Below are positions 10,845 to 20,672 of a stretch of DNA of 64,000 bases, one piece after another. This DNA is from Bdellovibrionales bacterium (GTDB lineage Bacteria; Bdellovibrionota; Bdellovibrionia; Bdellovibrionales; CAYMLA01). Numbering within the stretch: the first letter of the stretch is position 1; each line of letters begins with the position of its first letter. The stretch is taken from NCBI GenBank assembly GCA_965217115.1, contig OZ244239.1, positions 960,001 to 1,024,000 on the forward strand, given 5' to 3'. The translations under genes were made by a program, and so were the position numbers. The notes below the pieces were generated by a model. It searched no databases, was not told the DNA's origin, and saw nothing but the letters and a program-made list of their open reading frames with translations.

Positions 10845-11044
10845 CCAAATATTGACCAAGTAGATTCCTCTACTAAATTATTTCCAATTATTATCTATTT
10901 ATCATGGAAGTATTGACACTGAAGCTAGATACTAGACTTGACCTATTTCTATCAAGAATGTTAGATATACGAAAGACTTTCTGAAAAATGAAGACCTTGA
11001 CAAAATAATTACTACCTTATTTATTATTATTTTAAAGGATACTT

Positions 11045-11575
11045 ATGACTGACTTAAATCTCTCTCCTCTTATCACAGACGAACAATTAGAAAAAAAAAT
11101 CGCTGAAATTGGACAATCTCTCACAAAAAAATTCAATGGTGAGAACCTCATTGCTATTTGTATTCTACGAGGTTCCTTTATGTTCTTCTCTGATTTAGTT
11201 CGTCAAATAGATGCAGATATTTTTTGTGAATTTTTTGGCATCTCTAGTTATGGAGACTCCACTCAATCATCAGGGGAAGTTAAGGTAACACTCGACCTTA
11301 CGACACCTATCGAAAATAAAAATATTTTATTAATTGAAGACATCGTTGATACAGGCCTCACCATGAATTTTCTTAAAGAAACCTTGCAGGCTCGTAAGCC
11401 TAAGAGCCTCACGACGGTAAGTTTGCTCTATAAGCCCAAGGCCATCAAACAACCTTGTCAAATAGACTATGTTGGCTTTGAAATTCCCAATAACTTTGTT
11501 GTCGGATATGGCTTGGATTACCAGGGCTTTTATCGAAATCTTCCCTATATTGCCCAAGTTACTAATTTAAATTAA
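11045..11575 (+). CDS. hpt: Hypoxanthine phosphoribosyltransferase
   Basis: ILRGSFMFFSDL, LLIEDIVDTGLT PRPP motif, FVVGYGLDY. Confidence 0.96.
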   Translation: MTDLNLSPLITDEQLEKKIAEIGQSLTKKFNGENLIAICILRGSFMFFSDLVRQIDADIFCEFFGISSYGDSTQSSGEVKVTLDLTTPIENKNILLIEDIVDTGLTMNFLKETLQARKPKSLTTVSLLYKPKAIKQPCQIDYVGFEIPNNFVVGYGLDYQGFYRNLPYIAQVTNLN

Positions 11576-12357
11576 AAAGTAACCATGCTTATAAATAAAG
11601 TAAAAACAAGTGCCGACAGAATGAGCACCCAAGTATCTCTCGTTTTTTTTAAAACCAGGGGAAGTAAATGCAAAAAACACACATAAATCAATACTCCTGT
11701 TGCAAGGGCTATTGTCGTTGTTTTAAAGACTTCTATCTGGCTAAAGAAAACTCCTAAGAGAGTCCCCATTAACAAACTTGCTCCCACACTCAAACTTAAA
11801 TACTGAGCTATTCTTTTTGACAACCCACCAGCCAAAGCTAAGCTCGCTACAAGTATTCCATCGGGTAATAAATGAAATAGTAAACCCAAGCTCACCAGCC
11901 CTCCTGCTTCCGTATTTATGGCAAAGGCCGAGGCAATTTCAAAACCATCAAGGAAAGAACACACAAGAAAACACCCCACAGCAGAGCAAGATGATTTTTG
12001 AGACAAGATATGACTATGATTATACTGGTGATGCGAACCGTGATAACAGGTTGATTGGCTTTCTCCCGTTTTAAAAAAATCAGATAAGACTCTTGGAACA
12101 ACAGAGATATCAAAAAACAACGCGCACAATACTCCTAATAAAATAAATGCAGGCCCTGTTTTACTCTCTAGAGAATGGGGTATAAACTCTAAAAAAGCAA
12201 TTGCCAGTAAAAGCCCCGTACTCATAGCAATCATAAATTTTATTCTACTTTCGCTATACCAAGACGGTTTTGTCTTAACTATCCACACACCAAGGAATGA
12301 ACTCAATATCGCAATCACTAAACTAGCTGCCACCGCAGAGGTTAGAATTAATTCCAT
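11572..12357 (-). CDS. ZIP family metal transporter
   Basis: GLLLAIAFLEFIPHS, His-rich loop, FLDGFEI, FHLLPDG; multi-TM. Confidence 0.8.
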   Translation of the reverse strand: MELILTSAVAASLVIAILSSFLGVWIVKTKPSWYSESRIKFMIAMSTGLLLAIAFLEFIPHSLESKTGPAFILLGVLCALFFDISVVPRVLSDFFKTGESQSTCYHGSHHQYNHSHILSQKSSCSAVGCFLVCSFLDGFEIASAFAINTEAGGLVSLGLLFHLLPDGILVASLALAGGLSKRIAQYLSLSVGASLLMGTLLGVFFSQIEVFKTTTIALATGVLIYVCFLHLLPLVLKKTRDTWVLILSALVFTLFISMVTF

Positions 12358-12434
12358 TTTATCTCCTTAAGAATAACAATTTCTGCTTATTGTAATAGCA
12401 GCTATTTTCACAAAAGTTTTGAGATCACAAATCT

Positions 12435-13292
12435 TCAATGTATTTTTTCGGCCAATTCAATCGTGTTCTGTAATAACATAGTGATCGTCATCGGCCCCAC
12501 TCCTCCTGGAACGGGGCTTGCTGCTTTAACCCAACCATCTAGTTCATCAAATCGAACATCTCCACAAAGTTTTTTTCCGTCGATTTGATTATCTACGCGG
12601 TGAATACCTACATCTACAACTACGGCCCCTTGCTTAAAGTCTTCTTTACCTAAGAATCGTGGCTTCCCCACCGCCACCACAATAATATCTGCTTCTCTTG
12701 TGTAAGACGAAATATCTTTTGTTCGGGAGTGACAAATCGTCACTGTGGCGTTTTCACTCAAAAGTAAGTTTGCTACAGGTAAACCAACCAAACGACTCCG
12801 ACCTAAAACAACAGCTTTTTTACCACTTATCTCAAGGCCATAGTGTTTCAAAAGAGCAATGATGCCTTTTGGCGTACAGGGAGCAATTCGCATCTTCCCC
12901 GTATAAAGAAGACCTAGGTTCTCAGTCGTTAACCCATCAGCATCTTTGAAAGGATTCAATACCTGTAAAACACTCTCCTGACATAAATGCTCTGGCAGAG
13001 GAAATTGCACGAGAATACCGTCCACGGATTTATCACGGTTAAGTTTTTTAATAAGGGCTTCCAGATCATTCTGCGTCACAGTTCCAGAAAGATGGTGATG
13101 AAAAGAAGTTAAGCCCAATGCCTCACAGGCTTGTACCTTGTTTTTCACGTAAACTTGACTGGCCGTATCTTCTCCGACCAAAACGACTGCTAATCCCACA
13201 GCACGACCCTGTCGTTGCTTAAACTCCTGCGCGCGGACTTTTAATTGCCCACGAATAACCTGACTCACCTCTCGTCCATTTAGTTTTAACAT
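12435..13292 (-). CDS. folD: Methylenetetrahydrofolate dehydrogenase/cyclohydrolase
   Basis: YVKNK, GILVQFPLP, PCTPKG, GRSRLVG, PVPGGVGPMT. Confidence 0.97.
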   Translation of the reverse strand: MLKLNGREVSQVIRGQLKVRAQEFKQRQGRAVGLAVVLVGEDTASQVYVKNKVQACEALGLTSFHHHLSGTVTQNDLEALIKKLNRDKSVDGILVQFPLPEHLCQESVLQVLNPFKDADGLTTENLGLLYTGKMRIAPCTPKGIIALLKHYGLEISGKKAVVLGRSRLVGLPVANLLLSENATVTICHSRTKDISSYTREADIIVVAVGKPRFLGKEDFKQGAVVVDVGIHRVDNQIDGKKLCGDVRFDELDGWVKAASPVPGGVGPMTITMLLQNTIELAEKIH

Positions 13293-13340
13293 CCCATTCC
13301 TTTCTTAAATACTTAGTAAAATTAAGGGTTTAGACTAAAC

Positions 13341-13369
13341 TTGACCTTGACTATGATCTCGAATAGTCT
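13341..13369 (+). promoter_or_regulatory. Sigma-70-type promoter
   Basis: TTGACC-N17-TAGTCT upstream of the 76-aa ORF. Confidence 0.5.
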
Positions 13370-13404
13370 GTGTCGACCTCGCCCTTCAACTTAAGGAAGA
13401 AACC

Positions 13405-13635
13405 ATGGCCAACGACAAAAAGAAAGTCAAATTGTCACAAGACGGCTCCTCCATTGACTATACCATTGCTGACAACGCTCCGACAAATCTCAAAAAATTC
13501 CGAGCAAGTCCTGAAATAGAAGGTTTTTACCGTTTTGTCTATGAAAACGATCTACAAAGAGACACTTTTAAGGTTCTCGACCGCTTAAAGCGGGAGCGTT
13601 ATGCCAATAAGAAAACCAAGGGCAAAAAAAAGTAA
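13405..13635 (+). CDS. Small basic hypothetical protein
   Basis: RBS TAAGGA, candidate promoter, Lys-rich termini around a helical core FRASPEIEGFYRFVYENDL. Confidence 0.75.
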   Translation: MANDKKKVKLSQDGSSIDYTIADNAPTNLKKFRASPEIEGFYRFVYENDLQRDTFKVLDRLKRERYANKKTKGKKK

Positions 13636-13899
13636 CTTCTCTGTGACAATTACAAAAATCGATACCTCCGAAAACATGTTTGAACATGGAACTAACAGGC
13701 CACGACCACAGGCATATTGTTCGAAAAACGGATAAATGACCATTTACACTTTTTCTTTTAGATATTTAACATCTTATTACCACTTCTTATTTTGCATAGA
13801 CTTCCTCTTAAGAATTTGTCTTTAACAGAAAATCAACGAACACAATCCCTATAATTTCAATTGTCTTAGAGGAGGTTTATCATTCTAAAAAGAACAAAA

Positions 13900-14166
13900 A
13901 TGCTTCATGATCAAAAAGGTCAGGGAATGATTGAGTACGTTATTCTTGTCGCTCTGATGGCTATTGGTACAATTGGTATGGTTCGCGTTCTTGGGGAGGG
14001 AATTAACGTCAAGTTTAGTTCCATTACAGCTGCCCTTCAAGGGGAATCGCCTGAACGTCGCCAAGTAGATATTCCCAAAAGTTGGCAAAAGAGAAGAACT
14101 CTAAAAGATTTTCTCAATGGCAGCACAAGTTCATCAAATAGAAATCGCTCAAACTCAGACAAGTAA
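13900..14166 (+). CDS. flp: Flp family type IVc pilin
   Basis: KGQGMIEYVILVALMAIG: prepilin G/Q cleavage site, E5 and Y6 Flp signature, hydrophobic helix. Confidence 0.88.
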   Translation: MLHDQKGQGMIEYVILVALMAIGTIGMVRVLGEGINVKFSSITAALQGESPERRQVDIPKSWQKRRTLKDFLNGSTSSSNRNRSNSDK

Positions 14167-14176
14167 GTAATAATCG

Positions 14177-14551
14177 ATGAAAAATCAATCAGGACAAGCC
14201 ATGATCGAAGCATGCCTCTCTCTTACTATTCTTGTTATCCTTATTAAATTCATCTTTTGGGGAGGATACGCCCTTTACACATCAGTTATTACTCAATATA
14301 TCACCTATGAAATGGCTATTTGCCGTAGCCAACCTCTGAAGCATCGAACCTGTCTCTTCTCCTATAGAGAAAAAACATATCAACTCTTACCTTTTGGAGA
14401 ACTACAAACTTTTAAAACCCATGAAAATACACAAAACAAAACTGTGAACAGTCGTCTTCGCTTTAGAATAAATATTCCTCTACTAAGCACACCGGTTATT
14501 TTTGATAAAAAAGTTTCTCTTACTTTCCCTCTCACCCAAGGAGCTAAGTGA
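14177..14551 (+). CDS. TadE-like minor pilin
   Basis: SGQAMIEACLSL prepilin motif plus TM, adjacent to flp. Confidence 0.75.
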   Translation: MKNQSGQAMIEACLSLTILVILIKFIFWGGYALYTSVITQYITYEMAICRSQPLKHRTCLFSYREKTYQLLPFGELQTFKTHENTQNKTVNSRLRFRINIPLLSTPVIFDKKVSLTFPLTQGAK

Positions 14552-15333
14552 AAACATTAAAATTCTTTTGGATCAGCTTGAATTTTAAAACAAGCTTCTT
14601 AAAAAACAAATGTATCATCTCCTCCAAGCGTGGTTTCTTTATTGCGATCATGCCATTTCTTATTGTTTTACTCTTGAGTCTCTTCTCTGTTGTTTTTGCA
14701 TCATTCTATGTCATTCGTTTTCATCATAAATCCCAGCATCTTTGTCGAAAACATGTCCTCAAAGCTCAAGAAACAATGGGAGCTTCCCTTAAAACTCTTC
14801 TTTTTCTGAATAACTCAGCACGATCTCTTAATAGCTCTTATCGCGCACTAGAGAGTTTGCAAAAAATCTCTTATTTAACTCTCTATCCTCCTTTTATAAC
14901 ATCTGTTAAAAAAGCAAAGCGACTCATCGCCTACTTAAAGAAAGCGTTATCTGCCAAACAACGAATGATTCTTTTTCAGGGAAATTCCTTAGCCAACCAT
15001 CATCTCAATCAATTTGTTATTGATTTTCGTCATATGACTCACAAAAACGACACTCTTTGGTTCAAAGAGATTCGTCAATTGCACTCCTCGTCCAGATTCT
15101 CTCCAGCGCGTTTAGCTGTCATCTCTACAAAAAAAAGATCTAACGATGTTCCTATCTATCAAACTAGTAAGCCATTCCCCCAAAAACAAGAGGTCAAGGC
15201 TTTCTGGGAATTTCGTTTTAAATCAGAAGAACAGGGGTGGTTATTCTCTCGATTAACAATTCCTTACTTAAGATCACAGTGCGCCGCTACTCTATTCAAT
15301 AGGAGAGACACATGGATTCCCATTCTCAATTAA
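14548..15333 (+). CDS. TadG-like pilin-related membrane protein
   Basis: KRG followed by long hydrophobic helix without E5; 4-nt overlap with upstream gene. Confidence 0.5.
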   Translation: MKTLKFFWISLNFKTSFLKNKCIISSKRGFFIAIMPFLIVLLLSLFSVVFASFYVIRFHHKSQHLCRKHVLKAQETMGASLKTLLFLNNSARSLNSSYRALESLQKISYLTLYPPFITSVKKAKRLIAYLKKALSAKQRMILFQGNSLANHHLNQFVIDFRHMTHKNDTLWFKEIRQLHSSSRFSPARLAVISTKKRSNDVPIYQTSKPFPQKQEVKAFWEFRFKSEEQGWLFSRLTIPYLRSQCAATLFNRRDTWIPILN

Positions 15334-15485
15334 ATAAAAATAACAACGGACAAGCTATTATTGAGTTCTCTATTATCCTTACCTTTCTCTTTTTGTCTTT
15401 AATTTATTTCTTAAGTTACCAGGGGCACCTTAATAGAAAAATTATTAACACTCACTTTAAAGGAACGATAACTTATGTCAAATAA
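15312..15485 (+). CDS. Small TadE-like prepilin (57 aa), absent from ORF track
   Basis: AGGAGAG RBS then MDSHSQLNKNNNGQAIIEFSIILTFLFLSLIYFLSYQGHLNRKIINTHFKGTITYVK; overlaps both neighbours. Confidence 0.8.
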   Translation: MDSHSQLNKNNNGQAIIEFSIILTFLFLSLIYFLSYQGHLNRKIINTHFKGTITYVK

Positions 15486-15996
15486 TACTACTTTTAAAGA
15501 TTTTTTCCAAAAAAACATGGCCCATATAGGAATTCTTGTTTTTTCCATTTTAATTTATTCCTCTTCTCTTATTTTTGAAAAACATTCCTCAATAAAAAAT
15601 ATTAACTCAGACGACTCACCTGAGTTCTTTGATACTTACATACCACATGGGTTTGCTATCGTGCCTATTGAAATCTCCAATCACACATCCTTGGATTCCT
15701 TAATTAGTTCTCGCGGAGTGGTTGATCTCTACGCAACTGATTTTACTAAAACCCATCAACCTTCAAGAAAAATTGCCTCTCACTTAAAAATCGTTCGAGC
15801 CCCTCTTAATCGTCATCAATTTGCTATCATAGTTCCAGATAATGATGTCTCTTTAATCCTTTCACACAAAGGTCCCTATTTTGTTACTATTCACAACTCT
15901 AACGGAAAGGAGCCTCTCTCTGTAAAAAAAAGCACCACACAGAAAAAGAGGGTTTTTATTAATCATATCTCAGATGAAACATCCAATAAAGATTAA
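15475..15996 (+). CDS. CpaB/RcpC-like Tad pilus accessory protein
   Basis: TM then IPHGFAIVPIEI...LI...VVDLY, resembling the RcpC C-terminal domain; pilin cluster context. Confidence 0.55.
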   Translation: MSNNTTFKDFFQKNMAHIGILVFSILIYSSSLIFEKHSSIKNINSDDSPEFFDTYIPHGFAIVPIEISNHTSLDSLISSRGVVDLYATDFTKTHQPSRKIASHLKIVRAPLNRHQFAIIVPDNDVSLILSHKGPYFVTIHNSNGKEPLSVKKSTTQKKRVFINHISDETSNKD

Positions 15997-16035
15997 TTTA
16001 TCTTATCGTTAAATAATTACCTTGGAGGGTTAAGT

Positions 16036-17049
16036 ATGAATCATTTTTTACTAAAAATAAGTCTATGTGTTTTAATATCTATTCATGGCTTCGCTAATTT
16101 TCAAACTAAAGAATCTATTGTTTTCTTTCATGCCAATAGTTCCTATGTAGATTACTTAGCCCATGTACAAACATCAAATAGACAAATCACTCCCATTGAA
16201 TATTACAACAACAGCAACCCTTCTCTTAAATCACAAGAAACCATTTTACTGTTATTCGAAAAAGCTCAACTTTTTTTTACACGAAAGATGTTTTCAAAAG
16301 CCGAGGTTTTTTATTTAAAACTCGTTGACTTATCGTTAACCTCTGACTGGCATCCCCTTGAAAGAGAGATTATCTTTCAATCTTTTTTACGCTTAGCTCA
16401 AATAAGCCCTAACAAAGCTGCCCCATCTTACTGGTTAAAAAAAGCTATTTCTTTTTCTCCAAAATTAAGCTTTCCAAAAAATATTAAAGACGGATTTCTT
16501 AGAGAGCGATTCTTAAAAGAACATAAAATTCTAAAAGAAAAGGCTTTTTTTATGTCCACATCATTTATGCAACGAGGGCTCATCAAGGTAAATGGCCAGG
16601 TCTACAATGTCGAAAATCAATGGGAAATACCCATTTATCCAGGAACACATCGTGTTTCTATCTTAACTAATAAATCATTTTATTTTTCACAAGTAAAAGA
16701 ACAAAGTAAACTACGCCACTGGACTCCAATTCTCCCTGAAGTTTTATCAGGGAACTGTCAATCTCCTCAGAGAAAGGAGTCATCTTCTCTTTTATCATCC
16801 ATATTTCTTGCTTTCTACTCGCCCACCTGCATTTTGAATTTTAGCACTCTCAAACCTGAAAACAAGAAATCAGTTCTCGCCACCAAACACTCTTTTCTTA
16901 CTCCAAAGAAACTAGAAATACACTCTAAAGAGAGCTTCTTAAGCAAGCATTCTCATTGGTTATGGATAGGCCTCTCTGCCGTAGCTATTGGAGCAATGAC
17001 CTCTCCCCAAAAAAACTATAAAATTCACGTTAAGAGGTCTAACTTTTAA
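16036..17049 (+). CDS. Hypothetical exported protein with TPR-like helices
   Basis: GGAGG RBS, signal-peptide-like N-terminus, helical repeat region, C-terminal hydrophobic segment. Confidence 0.65.
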   Translation: MNHFLLKISLCVLISIHGFANFQTKESIVFFHANSSYVDYLAHVQTSNRQITPIEYYNNSNPSLKSQETILLLFEKAQLFFTRKMFSKAEVFYLKLVDLSLTSDWHPLEREIIFQSFLRLAQISPNKAAPSYWLKKAISFSPKLSFPKNIKDGFLRERFLKEHKILKEKAFFMSTSFMQRGLIKVNGQVYNVENQWEIPIYPGTHRVSILTNKSFYFSQVKEQSKLRHWTPILPEVLSGNCQSPQRKESSSLLSSIFLAFYSPTCILNFSTLKPENKKSVLATKHSFLTPKKLEIHSKESFLSKHSHWLWIGLSAVAIGAMTSPQKNYKIHVKRSNF

Positions 17050-18836
17050 TCTGTTGGCTTCTTTTTTCTCCAACTAAGAGATAACTCAGCCAATTGCTTA
17101 TCATCAACTTCACTGGGAGCTTGAGCCATTAAATCTGAAGCTTGGGTTGTTTTTGGAAATGCAATCACTTCACGGATAGCATCCGTTCCACATAAAATCA
17201 TCGATAATCGATCCATTCCCCATGCAAAACCTCCGTGGGGCGGAGTTCCATAGGACAATGCTTCAACAAAATAACCAAATTTCTCTTGAATCTCATTTTG
17301 TTCCAACCCTAATGCTTTAAACATAGCATTCTGTACATTAGAATCATGAATACGAATACTTCCTCCACCTAATTCATAGCCATTGCAAACAAGATCATAA
17401 GCCTTGGCTAAAATACCAGCGTATTGACTCTCTTCACCCTGAAGCAAGGCTTCCTTAGAACTCTCCGTCACCATCGTAAAAGGATGATGACATGAATACC
17501 AACGTTTATCTTCCTCAGAGTATTCAAACAATGGAAAATCTGTCACCCAAAGAAATTTATCCTTGGACTTATCAATCAAATTTAACTCTTCAGCTAAGTG
17601 TAAACGCAAAGATGATAATGCCCTACTCGCTATAGAAAAGCTATCTGCTACAATCAAAGCCACATCTCCGTGTTCAGCACCCGTCGCTGAAAAGATATCT
17701 TGTAATTTTTGTTCTGAAAAAAACTTCGCTACAGGAGATGATAATTTTTCTCCATCTGATTTTATCCAAACCAAACCCTTGGCGCCTGACTTCTTGACCA
17801 TATCCGTCAGCTTATCAAGCTTACCACGGGAATAAGACCCACAACCGGGAACTGCAATCCCCTTTACGACTCCTCCACTAGATAGAATATTACTAAAAAC
17901 CTTAAACTCTTCACCCTCAACGACTTTCACAAGATCTTTAAGCTCCATACCAAAACGAGTATCTGGTTTATCACAACCATATTGAGCCATTGCCTCTTGA
18001 TAGGTCATCCGTGGAATCTCTCCTATCTCAACCTCTTTTATCTGCTTCCAAATATAACGAGCCATTTGCTCATTAAGGTTTAGAACATCTTCAATATCCA
18101 CAAAAGACATTTCTAAATCAATCTGTGTAAACTCTGGTTGGCGATCTGCACGGAGGTCTTCATCACGAAAGCACCTAGCAATCTGATAATAACGATCAAA
18201 ACCCGCGACCATTAAAAGTTGTTTTAACGTTTGAGGGCTTTGCGGCAAGGCATAACAAGCCCCTGGATGCACACGGGAGGGGACTAAATAATCTCTTGCT
18301 CCCTCAGGGGTGCTCTTATATAAAATAGGAGTTTCAATTTCATAAAATTTTTCTTTATTAAGAAACTCCCTCACAACAGACGAAATTTGATGTCGAGTTT
18401 TGATGAATTCTTGTAATCTCTGCGTACGTAAATCCAAGTAACGATACTGAAGGCGCAAATTATCGCCAACATTCGTATCAGATATCTGAAATGGAGGAGT
18501 TTTTGCCACAGAAAGGATTTCTGTGCATTGAGCGACAACCTCAACTTCACCTGTCGACATGTCTTTATTCACCATTCCCTCTGGGCGAGCCCTCACCTTA
18601 CCATGCACGGCGACCACATATTCATGACGAAAATCCTTCGCCACAGAAACTTCGCCATCATTAGGATCAAAAACAACCTGTAAAACTCCCTCTCTATCAC
18701 GGAGATTCACAAAAATGAGTCCACCTAAGTCACGACGGGAATCTACCCAACCCATCACTGTCACGCTCTGATCAATGGTCTCTACGCCTAATTCTCCACA
18801 ATAATGAGTTCTTCTCTGGTTACTTATAAAATCCAT
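17046..18836 (-). CDS. aspS: Aspartate--tRNA ligase
   Basis: RTHYCG, STPEGARDY, ALPQSPQ, CFRDEDLRADRQPEFTQ, GTPPHGG, IAFPKT. Confidence 0.98.
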   Translation of the reverse strand: MDFISNQRRTHYCGELGVETIDQSVTVMGWVDSRRDLGGLIFVNLRDREGVLQVVFDPNDGEVSVAKDFRHEYVVAVHGKVRARPEGMVNKDMSTGEVEVVAQCTEILSVAKTPPFQISDTNVGDNLRLQYRYLDLRTQRLQEFIKTRHQISSVVREFLNKEKFYEIETPILYKSTPEGARDYLVPSRVHPGACYALPQSPQTLKQLLMVAGFDRYYQIARCFRDEDLRADRQPEFTQIDLEMSFVDIEDVLNLNEQMARYIWKQIKEVEIGEIPRMTYQEAMAQYGCDKPDTRFGMELKDLVKVVEGEEFKVFSNILSSGGVVKGIAVPGCGSYSRGKLDKLTDMVKKSGAKGLVWIKSDGEKLSSPVAKFFSEQKLQDIFSATGAEHGDVALIVADSFSIASRALSSLRLHLAEELNLIDKSKDKFLWVTDFPLFEYSEEDKRWYSCHHPFTMVTESSKEALLQGEESQYAGILAKAYDLVCNGYELGGGSIRIHDSNVQNAMFKALGLEQNEIQEKFGYFVEALSYGTPPHGGFAWGMDRLSMILCGTDAIREVIAFPKTTQASDLMAQAPSEVDDKQLAELSLSWRKKKPTD

Positions 18837-19249
18837 GGCCTGTCCTTATTTCTGATAATCATAATAAGCTTATTGCCAAACGGCTACTATTTTCATTACT
18901 CAGGTCTTAAACCTGAATGAACGTATTATTAATGCCTCTCATTGAATCTGAGGTTTTTTCACCTCGAGCCTACGACGCAAGTGTCTAACCATGGTCGCCA
19001 GAGCCATAATATAATAATTCTAGCTACTATGAAAATTTTATCAATTCCCACGATTTTTTTCACTCTATACTAGCACTCCATACCTTGTCCCACACTCTTG
19101 TCCAAGATTCTCTCAAATTCCAAGTGCTTATCTTCTGCGTCAAGGCCATTTTAAAGAGAAAAACTCTAGAAAACACGGTAGATAGTTACAAAAAATGTAT
19201 CTAATGCTATACTCCACGCTAAAAAAACAACACTTTAGCAAGGAACCTT

Positions 19250-19579
19250 ATGCCTCAATTTTCCATCCAATCTCACTCTCGATATAGTGCTGAAGAAACT
19301 TACAACAAAATTAAGGATTATATCTCTTCAGAGCAAGAAAATTTTAAGAATTTTGACCCCACTATACTCATTGAATTTAATGACAGTAATCACTCAATCT
19401 CTTTACGAGGGAAAAAATTTAAAGCTCAATTTGACGTGCAAAATTCTTCAAATGAACCTTCATCAGGAGAGGTCTCATCAAATATTACCGTTAATATAGA
19501 TATTCACTTCATACTATCTCCACTTAAAGGAAAAATTACATCTCTTCTACAAACTCAGTTAAAGGAATATCTTAGCTAA
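19250..19579 (+). CDS. Small conserved protein, possibly polyhydroxyalkanoic-acid-system (SRPBCC-like) family
   Basis: AAGGA RBS; pattern H.YSAEETY..IK...GKKFKA...LSPLKGKI; 1 nt before rpoH. Confidence 0.55.
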   Translation: MPQFSIQSHSRYSAEETYNKIKDYISSEQENFKNFDPTILIEFNDSNHSISLRGKKFKAQFDVQNSSNEPSSGEVSSNITVNIDIHFILSPLKGKITSLLQTQLKEYLS

Positions 19580-19580
19580 T

Positions 19581-20519
19581 ATGAACAAGAAAAAGCGCTC
19601 AAGCAGAAAAAGCAAAAATCTAAAGGGGGTCGTTTCTGATATCATCAACACGAAGAAGCCACCTTCTTCTTCCCGTTCCCTCACCACTCCCGATCCAGTG
19701 TCTTTATACCTACGAGAAATCAGCCAATATCCTATTCTTTCACGAGAAGAAGAACACGAATTAGCTGTTAAATATAAAGAGACCGGCGATCCTCTTGCCG
19801 CCGAAACTCTCGTAAAATCCAATTTGCGCTTTGTTGTAAAAGTCGCTGCTGAATATTCCAAATTTGGTTCTAAACTTATCGATCTTATTCAAGAGGGTAA
19901 TGTTGGGCTTATGCATGCCGTAAAAGAATTCAACCCCTACAAAGAAGTCAAGCTTATCACTTATGCTGTGTGGTGGATTCGAGGCTACATTCGAGAGTAT
20001 CTTATGCGTCAATATTCCATGGTTAGAATTGGAACCACTCAAAAACAAAGAAAACTCTTCTATAAATTACAAAAAGAATTGGATAACCTAGAAAAACTCG
20101 GCCATGAACCAGATTATAAACTTCTAGGAACCCAGTTAGATGTTTCTGAAAAAGACATACAAGATATGAACCAACGAATGCGCCATCGTGATATTTCATT
20201 GGATACTAAAATTGATTCCGACTCCAACACATCTCTACTGGACCTACAAGCTGATCATCAAATTATTGATGTGGCCACCCAGCTAGAAAAATCAGAAGAA
20301 ATTTCCATCCTTTTAAAAAATATCGAAAGCATTCGCCCACAACTCAACGAGAAAGAAATTTTTATTTTAGAAAATCGCCTTCTAGCTGATCCCGCCATGA
20401 AACTCCAGGAGATTGGCAATAAATACGGGACTTCACGCGAAGCTGTACGTCAAATGGAAGCTCGACTATTAAAGAAAATAAAAGTTCTTTTTGAAGATAG
20501 TATCGGTTTAGACAAATAG
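19581..20519 (+). CDS. rpoH: RNA polymerase sigma-32 family factor
   Basis: DPVSLYLREI, NLRFVVK, DLIQEGNVGL, YAVWWIR, RpoH-box-like QKQRKLFYKL, SREAVRQME. Confidence 0.9.
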   Translation: MNKKKRSSRKSKNLKGVVSDIINTKKPPSSSRSLTTPDPVSLYLREISQYPILSREEEHELAVKYKETGDPLAAETLVKSNLRFVVKVAAEYSKFGSKLIDLIQEGNVGLMHAVKEFNPYKEVKLITYAVWWIRGYIREYLMRQYSMVRIGTTQKQRKLFYKLQKELDNLEKLGHEPDYKLLGTQLDVSEKDIQDMNQRMRHRDISLDTKIDSDSNTSLLDLQADHQIIDVATQLEKSEEISILLKNIESIRPQLNEKEIFILENRLLADPAMKLQEIGNKYGTSREAVRQMEARLLKKIKVLFEDSIGLDK

Positions 20520-20565
20520 CTCTATTTGTCAGATACATACATAAATGAATACAAGAAAATCTGAT

Positions 20566-20592
20566 TAAAGATAAAGGTCTTAATACCGAATA
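20566..20592 (+). promoter_or_regulatory. Candidate sigma-28 (FliA) promoter
   Basis: TAAAG-N14-ACCGAATA versus consensus TAAAG-N14-GCCGATAA. Confidence 0.4.
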
Positions 20593-20672
20593 GTATGTAA
20601 ACTTTTATAAAAAGACATTAAGTGTCTATGTTTTTTGCACATATACTGAAGCGTCTAACATAAGAACTCTTT

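Noticed and set aside
18840..19250. aspS upstream region: hairpin at about 18893-18920 and a 34-codon minus-strand ORF
   Set aside because: No recognisable RNA family or protein motif; the 12-mer CATTACTCAGGT shared with 49136 may be chance
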